This document shows, one piece after another, positions 1 through 9,314 of a DNA stretch of 64,000 nucleotides. The position numbers and the translations under genes are program-made. Numbering within the stretch: position 1 is the first letter of the stretch; each line of letters begins with the position of its first letter. Under the pieces are notes generated by a model. The model was not told the origin of the DNA, did not search any database, and saw only the letters and a program-made list of their open reading frames with translations. Source of the stretch: a virus (Duplodnaviria; Caudoviricetes); IMG/VR virus record IMGVR_UViG_2693430034_000001, positions 1-64,000 of that record; one strand, 5' to 3'.

Positions 1-273
1 ATGACCACGCAGAGTTGGCGCACGCCTGTCGCAGCCTTGATCCTGGTTGTGACAACCGCCGCAGCGTTCGCCGAGACCCCCTACCCGAGGCCGACCCGCG
101 ACGGCCGGGATCGCATCCAGCGGACCGGGGCCTGTCCCACCGGATACGTCGGATCTGGCGACAAGTGCGAGGCGCTCCACGCCGATACCCCGCGCGCCTA
201 CCCGAAGATCAAGGGGGCCGCCTGCCCCTCTGGCACGTTCGCCAGCGGCGATGCCTGCAAGGCGTTTCGATGA
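1..273 (+). CDS. Small secreted protein with two Cys-containing repeats
   Basis: Signal-peptide-like N-terminus; GACPTGYVGSGDKCEA and AACPSGTFASGDACKA; ATGA overlap with next gene. Confidence 0.7.
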   Translation: MTTQSWRTPVAALILVVTTAAAFAETPYPRPTRDGRDRIQRTGACPTGYVGSGDKCEALHADTPRAYPKIKGAACPSGTFASGDACKAFR

Positions 274-665
274 CCGAGACGCTCGATCTGTTCGCCTACA
301 CCAAGGTGAGTGGTGGCACGTCGCTCGCCGATCTGGATTGGCACGCGAGAAGAATTGTCGTGGCGTCGTACCTCTACTATAGGCACGACCTATCGATGAT
401 GCCGGACCATGAGTTCGACAACATCTGTCAGGTCGTCGCCGATGGATGGCGCGGGCTATCCCCGCTCCGGCAGTTCATGCTGGAGTCGCCTGGCGCAATC
501 CGGGCGAGCGGCTTCCATGTGAAGGTGACGTGGATGGCGGAAGCTGGAGCGTTCGCCTGGATGCGAGAGAACCGGCAACGAGAGAACGTCGATCGAGGTC
601 CGGTCAGCCAATGGAACTTCGATAAGACACACCAGGTTCACTGGGCAGGACTCGCGGCACCATAA
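270..665 (+). CDS. Stand-alone NAD-ligase domain Ia (Nlig-Ia)-like protein
   Basis: ASYLYYRHDLSMMPDHEFD resembles the LigA Ia motif YY..d.p.isD.eyD; start at ATG270. Confidence 0.65.
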   Translation: MTETLDLFAYTKVSGGTSLADLDWHARRIVVASYLYYRHDLSMMPDHEFDNICQVVADGWRGLSPLRQFMLESPGAIRASGFHVKVTWMAEAGAFAWMRENRQRENVDRGPVSQWNFDKTHQVHWAGLAAP

Positions 666-674
666 GAAACGAGG

Positions 675-1136
675 ATGACAATGACGAGGCCGAAAGCGCC
701 ATGCAACGATCAGACCGCCGAACAGCTTGAGGCTTACTACCGAAAGGTCAAGCCCGGTGATGTTGCGGTCATCCGATGCACGCAGGGGAATGTCCTACGT
801 TACCTGCTCGATAAGGTCACGGATACAACTCCGAAGAGCGGCAGGGTCTACGTCGAGAAGGGCGACGCTTGGGCCGGCCAGGGCTTTTACATGAAGAGCG
901 GCAAGAGCACCGACGCCCCAACGGGACAGTCAAACTTGGTCGTTCCCACCGACGAGGTCATGGCGTGGATCAAGGATCATCCGGAGAAGCCCGGCCTCGG
1001 TCATGCGGTCATGTCATACGAGTGGGATTGGGATTTCACCCCTCCGGGACAGCGGACGGGAAAGAACCGCTCAAGCTTCACCAGCGGTCGGGCGCGGCAG
1101 GCAGTCATCGATAGGATGGTGAAAAAGAAACAATGA
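675..1136 (+). CDS. Hypothetical phage protein
   Basis: GAGG RBS; overlaps next start. Confidence 0.7.
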   Translation: MTMTRPKAPCNDQTAEQLEAYYRKVKPGDVAVIRCTQGNVLRYLLDKVTDTTPKSGRVYVEKGDAWAGQGFYMKSGKSTDAPTGQSNLVVPTDEVMAWIKDHPEKPGLGHAVMSYEWDWDFTPPGQRTGKNRSSFTSGRARQAVIDRMVKKKQ

Positions 1137-1573
1137 GCGGAAAAGCTGACGTTGCGTTCGTGTCCTGCGTGAAGACGAAGGCCAATCGCCCGATGCCGGC
1201 AAAAGACTTCTACCTGTCGCCATGGTTCCGATTGGCCCGGCGGTATGTCGAGAAGAACGCGCATCGCTGGTACATTTTGTCGGCCGCGCACGGCTGCATC
1301 CACCCGGAGGACATCATCGATCCGTATGACGTGACCCTCAACGGGGCTAGTGCCGCGGACCGAGGCTACTGGGCGGTGGTGGTGAGAGATCAGTTCGACA
1401 AGCTTGGACCGAATCTGTCGGGCGAGCGAGCGATCATCTTTGCCGGTCTCAATTACCGGCGCGACCTGATCTCTCCGCTGCTGCGGACCTTCGACGAAGT
1501 ACAGGTTCCAATGGAAGGCCTGAAGATGGGTCAGCAGCTGAGCTGGCTGACAAAACATAATGACCAGGGGTGA
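1133..1573 (+). CDS. DUF6884-like protein
   Basis: VSCVKTK...PAKDFYLSPWF...WYILSAAHG motif. Confidence 0.75.
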   Translation: MSGKADVAFVSCVKTKANRPMPAKDFYLSPWFRLARRYVEKNAHRWYILSAAHGCIHPEDIIDPYDVTLNGASAADRGYWAVVVRDQFDKLGPNLSGERAIIFAGLNYRRDLISPLLRTFDEVQVPMEGLKMGQQLSWLTKHNDQG

Positions 1574-1613
1574 GTAGCGAGGCTACCGCCTTTTTGCAAA
1601 ATAGGATGATGAA

Positions 1614-1967
1614 ATGAACTTCAAGAAACTGATGATCATGGCAGCCATAACTGCTGTTCCGTCTATAGCTCTGGCGGTCGATTCGAAGACCCCCGAGCTG
1701 GACAAGGTGACCATGGCAATGAAGGAGGCTCTCTGGAAAAAGGGGCTCAGCACGTCGCCAACCAGCATTAACATAGCGGCGCAATTTTCCTTACTGAACG
1801 AACTTTGCGGTCGCACCTATATGGAAGATGAAGTGCCGTTTCAGTTGAAGATGGCGTCGGTGGAAGCCCCAGCTCCGGTTATCCAGGCCTACTACGACGT
1901 CTTCAAGAGGAAGATGCGCGAGTCGCTGATGGCCAATCCCACCGAAGCAGCCGCATTTTGCAAATAG
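1614..1967 (+). CDS. Secreted hypothetical protein
   Basis: Signal peptide MNFKKLMIMAAITAVPSIALA. Confidence 0.65.
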   Translation: MNFKKLMIMAAITAVPSIALAVDSKTPELDKVTMAMKEALWKKGLSTSPTSINIAAQFSLLNELCGRTYMEDEVPFQLKMASVEAPAPVIQAYYDVFKRKMRESLMANPTEAAAFCK

Positions 1968-1977
1968 GAGACGGGAT

Positions 1978-2349
1978 ATGCAGCGCAAGATGAAACTGGC
2001 AATCATGATCGTGTTGACATCGCTATCGGTAACCGACGCGCGAGCCCTGGTGCGGATTGGCCCCGCAGCTCAGGCTGAAGCGGTGACGGACGCGGCTTAC
2101 AATCATTCGGTCTTCACTGAAGTTATGAACGCCGCTAACTTCTGCCCCCTCATGGTGGACATGAAAAAGTGGGACGAAAAAATGCCCGCGGGCGTCATGG
2201 CCATTGTGAAGGCCTTCAACGTCACGGAGCAAGGTGATGCCTGGTACGGAAAACGGTCCGACGAGTTTCAGGCCAACCCGGCCAAGGAGTGCGCCGAGGC
2301 TGAGAAAACCTACGGTCCGGCTGGCATGCGATTGATGAAGAGGAAGTGA
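1978..2349 (+). CDS. Secreted hypothetical protein
   Basis: Signal peptide; GGAG RBS. Confidence 0.65.
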   Translation: MQRKMKLAIMIVLTSLSVTDARALVRIGPAAQAEAVTDAAYNHSVFTEVMNAANFCPLMVDMKKWDEKMPAGVMAIVKAFNVTEQGDAWYGKRSDEFQANPAKECAEAEKTYGPAGMRLMKRK

Positions 2350-2555
2350 TGGCGAAGAGGAAGGCAAAGTTCAGCAGGCAGGAATACGCGGGACTGATCC
2401 GGAGCGGCTCGATCGAGGTCACATGCGGGAACTGCGGGACAAAGATGCAGCCGGATAAGGATGATTGGGTCTCTTGCCCGAAGTGCCAAAAGGAACTGGG
2501 TGAGTGGGACAAGTTCGACTTCAAGAAGTCGGTCATCATCGGTCGGAAGCATTGA
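2349..2555 (+). CDS. Small zinc-ribbon protein
   Basis: CGNC...CPKC; TGATG coupling. Confidence 0.65.
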   Translation: MAKRKAKFSRQEYAGLIRSGSIEVTCGNCGTKMQPDKDDWVSCPKCQKELGEWDKFDFKKSVIIGRKH

Positions 2556-3202
2556 TGCCAGCGCCCCGGGTCTACAACAAACACCACGGCGATGCGCCGG
2601 CCGCCGCCGTCTACATCGGGCGCGGATCTCCGTACGGGAATCGGTTCGTCATCGGAGCTGACGGCGACCGCGACCAGGCCTGCAATCGGTTCGAGTGCGA
2701 GCAGCTTCCCGACATGGACGTGAACGGGCTGACAGGGCGAGACCTGGTTTGCTTCTGCGCGCCGCATCGCTGCCACGGCGACTCCATCCTGCTGATGGCG
2801 AACCATCGCGTCCTGGTTTTTGGTGGCCGGGATTTCAGTGACAGAAGATGGCTGTACGACGTTCTGGACGCCGCCCATGAGCGCAGGAAGATCACCTGCA
2901 TCGTAGAGGGGGAGATGTCGGGAGCTGACAGACTGTCTCGAGAATGGGCTGATAGCCGCAACGTGGCGGTCGATCCCTATCCGGCTGATTGGGACAACAT
3001 CGAGCGCGATGGCGCCTTGGTCAGAAGGAACAGCCGCGGCAAGCTTTACGATGCTGCCGCGGGTCCATTTCGTAACACTCAAATGCTACGCAACGGTCGT
3101 CCGGATACGGCCTTCGGATTCCCAGGCGGAAAGGGAACTAGGGATATGTCGAAACAGTGCCTTGAGTATGGTCTGACACCGACGCTTTTCGGATTGAGGT
3201 GA
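2555..3202 (+). CDS. DUF4326 domain fused to SLOG (DUF2493/YspA-like) domain
   Basis: VYIGRGSPYGNRF...GRDLVCFCAPHRCHGD, then VLVFGGRDF...GADRL...AGPFRN...FPGGKGT. Confidence 0.8.
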   Translation: MPAPRVYNKHHGDAPAAAVYIGRGSPYGNRFVIGADGDRDQACNRFECEQLPDMDVNGLTGRDLVCFCAPHRCHGDSILLMANHRVLVFGGRDFSDRRWLYDVLDAAHERRKITCIVEGEMSGADRLSREWADSRNVAVDPYPADWDNIERDGALVRRNSRGKLYDAAAGPFRNTQMLRNGRPDTAFGFPGGKGTRDMSKQCLEYGLTPTLFGLR

Positions 3203-3815
3203 GCCATCGTGGCGAAAGCAGCCATGGGAGTGCCACCGACACCACGAGGTTGATCAGAGTGTAGGCGCACTCCTCCAAAGTCGGAAGCGAAGGTGTCATG
3301 ACAGGGGCCTGGAACGAGAAATTATACAGCACCATCACGACTAGGCTGGCTCCGATTGCCGGCCACCTCCCGAATTGTAGCGCTATCGCCGTCACCGCCA
3401 GAGTAAAAATGATAGCCGGTTCGGAGCCGGCAACGAGCTGTTGCATCCCCATCGCAACTGGGGTTGCAATGCCGACTACAGCCAAGACGGTCAGAATGAT
3501 CTTGCTAAGCTTCGTCGGATCGACCTTTGACGCATTTGTATCGAACGTCGAAGCAATCCTCGCCGGCAGCGTCCTGAACGCACCAAGCTTCAAACGATCT
3601 CGCACCGGCTGATCGAGGTTGATCAGATCTTCCGTGTTGAACCACTGTGGCAAGCTGCCGCTATCGACAGTGGCCCAGAGAGCGTCGATTGCCTTCATAA
3701 CCCGAAGTAAATGCCGGGAGCCGATTTCCCCCGGCTCACCGTCAAGCGGCTTCGCGATGAACCATCCATCTTCCCGGTCGATCACGTAAGCGCGATATTC
3801 AAATGGCGTATTCAT
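3138..3815 (-). CDS. Membrane protein with C-terminal DUF4118 (KdpD TM-like) region
   Basis: About four TM helices, FGRWPAIGASL...YNFSF.AP; N-terminus paralogous to 3840-4190. Confidence 0.6.
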   Translation of the reverse strand: MNTPFEYRAYVIDREDGWFIAKPLDGEPGEIGSRHLLRVMKAIDALWATVDSGSLPQWFNTEDLINLDQPVRDRLKLGAFRTLPARIASTFDTNASKVDPTKLSKIILTVLAVVGIATPVAMGMQQLVAGSEPAIIFTLAVTAIALQFGRWPAIGASLVVMVLYNFSFQAPVMTPSLPTLEECAYTLINLVVSVALPWLLSPRWLTSIRKASVSDHTQGTVSTYP

Positions 3816-3839
3816 AGCCCCACCTCCCAAGATGTCGGC

Positions 3840-4190
3840 TCACGCCGCGGCAACGATCCGAAGGAGCGGCTTCGCTTTGTCCGGGAAAAATTTACGGACA
3901 TTTGCCAAAGGGTCGACGCTGCCGTGGGCGCGCAAGGACTCCAGGTTCGGAGACAAGGAGTCGGCAAAGACATCGAGGTCGCAGTGAAGGGTGTCGCCTT
4001 CTAGGTAGGTCGCGCACCAACCCGGCATATTGCAGGTTTCGAGAGCGTCCCAAAGGACGTCGATCGATCTCAAAACGCGCAAAAGATCCTTGGATACGAG
4101 CTGGCCGGGCTCTCCATCCGTGGATTTGGCGACGTAGAAGCCGCCATCGTTGCTTACATTATAGGCACGGTATTGGAATGCGCTTTTCAT
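3840..4190 (-). CDS. Hypothetical protein, paralogue of N-terminus of 3138-3815
   Basis: FQYRAY...DGEPG...LLRVLRSIDVLW vs FEYRAY...DGEPG...LLRVMKAIDALW. Confidence 0.7.
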   Translation of the reverse strand: MKSAFQYRAYNVSNDGGFYVAKSTDGEPGQLVSKDLLRVLRSIDVLWDALETCNMPGWCATYLEGDTLHCDLDVFADSLSPNLESLRAHGSVDPLANVRKFFPDKAKPLLRIVAAA

Positions 4191-4383
4191 TTTTTGACTC
4201 GACAACCTTTTTTGAGCCCAGGGCGGGATCGGTTGCCGCGACTGCTAATGACATTTGCACGATAATGCAAGCGCAACCCAGCCCCCGTAAAAACACGGAC
4301 TCTGGCACAAGTTGCGGGTGTTACACTTAAAATTAGGCCGAATATACAAACTTAGGTTGAACGCCGCACCCCGAAATCTCTTC

Positions 4384-4428
4384 TTGCATTCTCGCTATAT
4401 TTGCTCTAATGCAAATGCTGAATGCAAA
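4384..4428 (+). promoter_or_regulatory. Putative sigma70 promoter overlapped by TTGC-N6-GC(A/T)A operators
   Basis: TTGCAT-N17-TAATGC; operator-like copies at 4384 and 4401. Confidence 0.5.
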
Positions 4429-4624
4429 CGGAGGCCTGTTTGTTCCCGCCCATCGACACCCGCAATAAGCCCATGATTTCAACATGTTTCCGCCCTCGTT
4501 CGATGACCGAACGCGGCGGCCATACTGACCTTGTTTTCGCTACTCGGTTCGTTCCCAGAGTGGACTGCCTGCAACCGCAGGCTAAGCCGCAGACCATCGC
4601 CCTGACGCGAAAGGGTGCGACACA

Positions 4625-4891
4625 ATGAAGCGGCGGTATAAAAAATCCTGGACCCACTTCTTCCAGGCGATCAAGGGCGGCCGAAAGTTGCACGACGTCC
4701 GCGAAGACGACGGCTATCAAATCGGCGACATCCTAGTCTTGCAGGAGTTCGACAACATCAACGGGCGCTATACGGGCGCCGAGATCGAGGTCGAGGTCAC
4801 CTACATCACCAACCGCACCGTGCCGTGCGCGTTCTCCAGCGCCGTGCTGTCGCCCGGTCACTGCATCCTGAGCCTGAAGGTGTTGGCATGA
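4625..4891 (+). CDS. ASCH/DUF3850 domain protein
   Basis: K.W..FFQAIKGGRK..DVR.DDGYQIGDILVLQEF...YTG. Confidence 0.8.
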   Translation: MKRRYKKSWTHFFQAIKGGRKLHDVREDDGYQIGDILVLQEFDNINGRYTGAEIEVEVTYITNRTVPCAFSSAVLSPGHCILSLKVLA

Positions 4892-5442
4892 TGTTAGGTT
4901 GTTGCTCCGCTGTGAACCCATGCTCGCACCAGCAGCGCGATCCCAACTCGCTCTGCGACATCTGCTGCCAGGCTAGCGGTATCGTCATGCCGAAGACCGA
5001 TCGTCGGAACCAGGACTGGTGGGACAACTACTTCCTCGATCTCGCGGAAGCGGTTGCCTATGCCTCGAAGGATCCAAGCACCAAGGTCGGCGCCGTCATC
5101 GTTCGTCCTGACCGAACGGTGGCCTCCATGGGCTACAACGGCTTCCCGCGAGGGATCAAGGATAGCGACGAGCGCCTCAATGACCGTCCGACCAAATACT
5201 CCATGGTCGTTCACGCCGAGCCCAACGCCATCCTCTCGGCTCGTGAGCCGGTCCGTGGCTACTCGATCTACACCACGCTGTTCACCTGCGCTGACTGCGC
5301 CAAGCTGATCATCCAGGCCGGCATCAAGAAGGTGGTCTCGCCGACCTACGACATAGAGCGCTGGGAGAAGTCGCTGACGCTGTCGAAGCAGCTGTTCACC
5401 GAGGCAGGGGTCGAGTTCAAGCTGATCGATAGGGCGATCTGA
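4888..5442 (+). CDS. dCMP deaminase family protein (start could be 4987)
   Basis: SKDPSTKVGAVIV, GYNGFPRG, HAEPNA, TCADC. Confidence 0.9.
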   Translation: MMLGCCSAVNPCSHQQRDPNSLCDICCQASGIVMPKTDRRNQDWWDNYFLDLAEAVAYASKDPSTKVGAVIVRPDRTVASMGYNGFPRGIKDSDERLNDRPTKYSMVVHAEPNAILSAREPVRGYSIYTTLFTCADCAKLIIQAGIKKVVSPTYDIERWEKSLTLSKQLFTEAGVEFKLIDRAI

Positions 5443-5747
5443 TGCGCCTGGAAGAATGGCCCCTGCCCTACGTGCGCGTGAAGTGCGCTCAGTGCGAGCG
5501 CGAAGGACGCCTCAGCAAGGACGGATTGCTCGAACGCTTCGGCGGTGAGCGAGAGATGTTCGTGGTCCGCGCCAAACTGACCGAGGCGAGCTGCAAGCGT
5601 GAGAACAAGAAGTCGCCCTGCATGTCCATCCTACCAGACGCACTGCTCGTGCAGGCGATCCGGGCTGAACGCAAGGAAGACATCCTCAGCGTCGAGATAA
5701 TGCAAGAGGCGGCAAATTGGAACCCGAAGTGGTTGGAGGAAAAGTGA
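5442..5747 (+). CDS. Hypothetical protein with CxxC
   Basis: Translationally coupled; VKCAQC. Confidence 0.7.
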   Translation: MRLEEWPLPYVRVKCAQCEREGRLSKDGLLERFGGEREMFVVRAKLTEASCKRENKKSPCMSILPDALLVQAIRAERKEDILSVEIMQEAANWNPKWLEEK

Positions 5748-6496
5748 TCGACCCGATCTTTGTCTCGACGGCATTTTACGAGGAAGCCAGACGACACGGC
5801 TTCGACATGACGCGCTTCGCGACCAAGGCTCCGCTTGATGCGGAGGCAACGGAAGAGTCGTGTCCGGACGCTTGCTTGAATGCAAACGACTTCCTGCGAC
5901 CGGCCTTCAACCTGCAGCCGCTCAAGCAGCGTCACTATGGTCTGGCGAAGCTCGATCCGCCGTGGGCCTTCAAGACCTATTCCGAAGCCGGCAAGGGCAA
6001 GTCGGCCGAGCAGCACTACGACACCATGTCGCTTGAGGACATCTTCAATCTGAAGGTGGAAGACCTCGCGCATCCGGACGGCATGTGGGTTTGGCTCTAT
6101 GCCACCGCTCCGATGTACGACGCGGCTCGCGCCTGCTTCGACAAATGGAACGTCAAGTACGTCACCCAGGGTGTCTGGGTGAAGATGGTCAAGGACAATA
6201 GCAAGCCGACCTTCGGCACCGGCTACGTCCTTCGCAATTGCCACGAACCATTCCTCATCGGGAAGGTCGGCACGCCGCGCATCCACTCCCGCAACATCCG
6301 CTCCGCGATTCTGGAGCCGCGTCGCGAGCACTCACGCAAGCCAGAGCAAGGCTACGTCGATGCCGCGAAGATGGCTGGACCATACCCGAAGGCGGACATC
6401 TTCAGCCGCGAGGCGCGTCCCGGCTGGGACGGTTGGGGCAACGAAATCACCAAGTTCAACCACCCTGAAGCAGAGCCGGAGCTGGAGGTAGCATGA
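5744..6496 (+). CDS. MT-A70 family adenine methyltransferase
   Basis: DPPW, HYDTM, WVK, GTGY..RNCHE, REHSRKP, IFSR..RPGWDGWGNE. Confidence 0.92.
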   Translation: MIDPIFVSTAFYEEARRHGFDMTRFATKAPLDAEATEESCPDACLNANDFLRPAFNLQPLKQRHYGLAKLDPPWAFKTYSEAGKGKSAEQHYDTMSLEDIFNLKVEDLAHPDGMWVWLYATAPMYDAARACFDKWNVKYVTQGVWVKMVKDNSKPTFGTGYVLRNCHEPFLIGKVGTPRIHSRNIRSAILEPRREHSRKPEQGYVDAAKMAGPYPKADIFSREARPGWDGWGNEITKFNHPEAEPELEVA

Positions 6497-6771
6497 GCCA
6501 GAAGATCACGAACATCATCGTCATGTCCGCAGGACCGATCTCTTTCAGCGCCGTACGCATCGAGGTCGAGGAACACCAGCCGACGCTCAAATTCCGAATG
6601 ACCTTTGGCGACAAGGTCGTCGCAGAGATGGGCGAGCAGGCCGCGCGCCTGTTCTCCCGACTCGTGGGACAGACCTTCACCGTCGAGAAGAACGACGAGT
6701 GGACGCGCCTGCCCACCTACGCCGCGGTCGACGCCGACCGCAAACGGATCGCAGCACGCAGCTCGGTCTGA
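6493..6771 (+). CDS. Hypothetical protein
   Basis: GGAGG RBS; ATGA overlap. Confidence 0.65.
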   Translation: MSQKITNIIVMSAGPISFSAVRIEVEEHQPTLKFRMTFGDKVVAEMGEQAARLFSRLVGQTFTVEKNDEWTRLPTYAAVDADRKRIAARSSV

Positions 6772-6795
6772 CCAAAACCAACCACGGAGAAGATC

Positions 6796-7284
6796 GTGAA
6801 CAGACTCCTCACGGCGCTGATTGGCGCCGCAATCCTCGCTGTCACCATGTCGACCGCCGATGCGCGTCCGCATCATCGCAGGCATCACCATCACCACCAC
6901 GCTCGTGTTGTACAGGTTGAGCAGCAGCAATCGTTCTTTAGCGGTTTCGGCGGCGGCGTCGTGGATCGCGCCCGTCAGTTCATCGGAGCCACTGCCAGTC
7001 AGGTCGGCGTCCGATCGACGCTCTGGTGCTCAGCCTTCTTGCGCAAGATCACGGGCGCGTCCGGCGTCGACGACACCGCCCTCTCCTGGGAGCGTCGCCA
7101 ACACATCGCCCCGCAGGTCGGCGCTATCGTGACCATGGGTCGCCGTGGCGGCGGTCACGTCGGTGTGGTCTCTGGTTTCACTGCCAAGGGAGATCCGATC
7201 GTCATCAGCGGCAACAACGGTGGCCGCGTCCGTGAGGCTGTGCATTCCCGCAGCAGCATCCGCTCCTGGGTGTCCGCATCATGA
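6796..7284 (+). CDS. Secreted CHAP/NlpC-P60-like peptidase (TIGR02594-like) with His run
   Basis: Signal peptide, HHRRHHHHHH, LWCSAF, GGHVGVV, ISGN. Confidence 0.8.
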   Translation: MNRLLTALIGAAILAVTMSTADARPHHRRHHHHHHARVVQVEQQQSFFSGFGGGVVDRARQFIGATASQVGVRSTLWCSAFLRKITGASGVDDTALSWERRQHIAPQVGAIVTMGRRGGGHVGVVSGFTAKGDPIVISGNNGGRVREAVHSRSSIRSWVSAS

Positions 7285-7478
7285 AGCGGGTAAAACGCAT
7301 CCAGGCAAAGGACCCCTTCACCGACGTCAAGGTAACGGTGGAGATCAAGTCCAAGAACGGCTGGCGCTCTCGCGACGAGATGGACCGTTTTTCTTCATCG
7401 GTTGCCAGCGGCATCATGCATCAACTGTCCGCCAGCTCGCACCTGAAAATCACTCTCGATAAGATCAAGGTGGGCTGA
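7281..7478 (+). CDS. Hypothetical protein
   Basis: Coupled ORF in operon. Confidence 0.55.
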   Translation: MKRVKRIQAKDPFTDVKVTVEIKSKNGWRSRDEMDRFSSSVASGIMHQLSASSHLKITLDKIKVG

Positions 7479-7852
7479 TGGTAGCCTGCATCTCAGATAG
7501 CCTCTATTGCGAGGCGGCAGCATGCGAGAAGCACCTGCCCGACATCAAGGATACGTGGCGCCGAGCTGGCGCCGCGTTGAAGTCGCACGATCGGCGACCG
7601 ACCCCATACGACATCGAGGTGTACTCCTTTCCGCAAGGATGGGGATCAACAGCGCTCGGCTTCGGCGGGATCGGCGGGCAGGCAATGACGTCAGCCCAGA
7701 CCACGGTCGTGATGTGCTCACCATCGGCGGCGGTCTACTTCGGACGGCGCCTAGCCTATGTCATCAAGACCGTAAACGGCAAGTTCATGGCTGATCTCGC
7801 CAGCCATGCGATGTCGGATGTCCGCCGGCACTCGCAGTACGAGGCCATCTGA
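7478..7852 (+). CDS. Conserved-looking phage hypothetical protein
   Basis: FPQGWGSTALGFGGIGGQAMTSA motif; TGATG coupling. Confidence 0.7.
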   Translation: MVACISDSLYCEAAACEKHLPDIKDTWRRAGAALKSHDRRPTPYDIEVYSFPQGWGSTALGFGGIGGQAMTSAQTTVVMCSPSAAVYFGRRLAYVIKTVNGKFMADLASHAMSDVRRHSQYEAI

Positions 7853-8082
7853 TGGCGGACACACGGGAAGCACGACTGCGGATCGTGGCGAGTGGCAAGT
7901 GTCGCTCCGCCAGCCGCAACTTCGGAGGCAGGCTCAAATACCTCCCGTCAATCGGTGGGATGATCTGCCAGCTCTCCGAGGAAGAAGAGGATTGCTACCA
8001 CACCAGCAAGGAGGCTGTGGCAGCCGCAGAAGCATTCCGAGAGGAAGCTCGACAGAAACTTCAAGACGAATTTGGGAGGTGA
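7852..8082 (+). CDS. Hypothetical protein
   Basis: TGATG coupling. Confidence 0.6.
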   Translation: MADTREARLRIVASGKCRSASRNFGGRLKYLPSIGGMICQLSEEEEDCYHTSKEAVAAAEAFREEARQKLQDEFGR

Positions 8083-8086
8083 ATTG

Positions 8087-8458
8087 ATGCCTGTTGTTTT
8101 TCAAAACTGGATCACCCGCAACGACCTGCTGGACAACCGGGACAAGATGTACGTCTTCGGTGACAACGTCCAACGGACCGGCTTTGCCGGCCAGGCCAAG
8201 GAGATGCGAGGAGAGCCGAATGCGATCGGAGTCGTCACCAAGTGGGCGCCCAGCATGCAGCCCACAGCCTTCTTCGACGACACTGCGGCCTGCAAAATGC
8301 TGGTGGAGCGTGATCTTCTCCTGGTGCAGCAGGCCCTGGATCGTGGCCGCACAGTGGTCGTCCCGGCTGACGGCATCGGAACAGGCCTTTCGCGCCTGCC
8401 GAAATACGCACCGAACCTAGATGCGTTCATCAAAGAGTGGCTCAGGAGCCGATTATGA
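8087..8458 (+). CDS. Macro-like/DUF7831-type phage protein
   Basis: YVFGDN...G.AGQAKEMRGEPNAIGV.TK...GIGTGLSRLP. Confidence 0.65.
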   Translation: MPVVFQNWITRNDLLDNRDKMYVFGDNVQRTGFAGQAKEMRGEPNAIGVVTKWAPSMQPTAFFDDTAACKMLVERDLLLVQQALDRGRTVVVPADGIGTGLSRLPKYAPNLDAFIKEWLRSRL

Positions 8459-8493
8459 AACATTCGCGAGGTCGGGTTTTCATCGAAGATCAC

Positions 8494-9306
8494 CTAATGG
8501 ATTTTGATTTCCACTTGGCTCCAGCGCCCAGAACCTTGATCCGCCGGGACATGCATCGCTATCTGCGCGACGGTGCGCTCTTGGAGGATCTCGGCTGGCA
8601 AGACCCAGATATGAAACACAAATGCGTCGCCATACTTCACGGCAGTTTCCCACTCATTCCGCGTTAGAACCATGCGAGGGGGGTTCTGCGTGGAAGACTT
8701 CACTTCGATAAGGCGGCCAATGGGCTCAACCGGTCCGGTGTCGTAAGAGCGGATATCATAGCCCGCACCGTTATCTTCAATTGCAACCCACTTTGGCTTT
8801 CTTGGAATCTGGAGAGCTTCGAGGCGAGCCGTTTCATAGGCGAGCGACAGCCGCTCTGCCTCGCGACCCTGCGCCAGGAGCCTGTCGTTTGCGGCGGCAC
8901 GCGCGGTTTGTGCAAGATTGTCCCACCACAAAACAATCGCTTCGCTGGGGGGCTCTTCGAAAAGCCCTGCTGATCTGAGGCACTGCTCTTCGTCGCGCGT
9001 GAGCGCGGTCTTCACACGCTCCCTTCCGTAAGGGGTAAGCCGTACCCAAAGCGGATGCTGCCAACTGACGATGTTTGCGATCGCGTAACGTAGACCCTCT
9101 GCTGGATCTCCAAATGCGGAATCCACCGAAATCCTCTCGTGAAGCTCAATTCCTGTTTCGAAATCACACCCGGCATTATCCGCATCTATTGTTGGGATTG
9201 AACGTGCGACCGTTTGCGCATCGAGCCCCGGGTAAGCAATGAGATATCGCCGTATCGCAAGAAGGGCGTTGAGAGCACTCATTGTGAAGTATTTTGTCGC
9301 CGACAT
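8494..9306 (-). CDS. DUF3883 (NO VEIN C-terminal) PD-(D/E)xK nuclease
   Basis: G..AE, DNGAGYDIRS, LIEVKS, LTRNEW. Confidence 0.88.
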   Translation of the reverse strand: MSATKYFTMSALNALLAIRRYLIAYPGLDAQTVARSIPTIDADNAGCDFETGIELHERISVDSAFGDPAEGLRYAIANIVSWQHPLWVRLTPYGRERVKTALTRDEEQCLRSAGLFEEPPSEAIVLWWDNLAQTARAAANDRLLAQGREAERLSLAYETARLEALQIPRKPKWVAIEDNGAGYDIRSYDTGPVEPIGRLIEVKSSTQNPPRMVLTRNEWETAVKYGDAFVFHIWVLPAEILQERTVAQIAMHVPADQGSGRWSQVEIKIH

Positions 9307-9314
9307 TAACGCCC

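Noticed and set aside
4422-4628. 68-aa ORF after the promoter at 4384
   Set aside because: No recognisable motif, and the region folds into hairpins; coding status unresolved, so not called
8437-8667. + strand 76-aa ORF after the DUF7831-like gene
   Set aside because: Mostly antisense to the DUF3883 gene; at most the stub of a gene disrupted by the cassette
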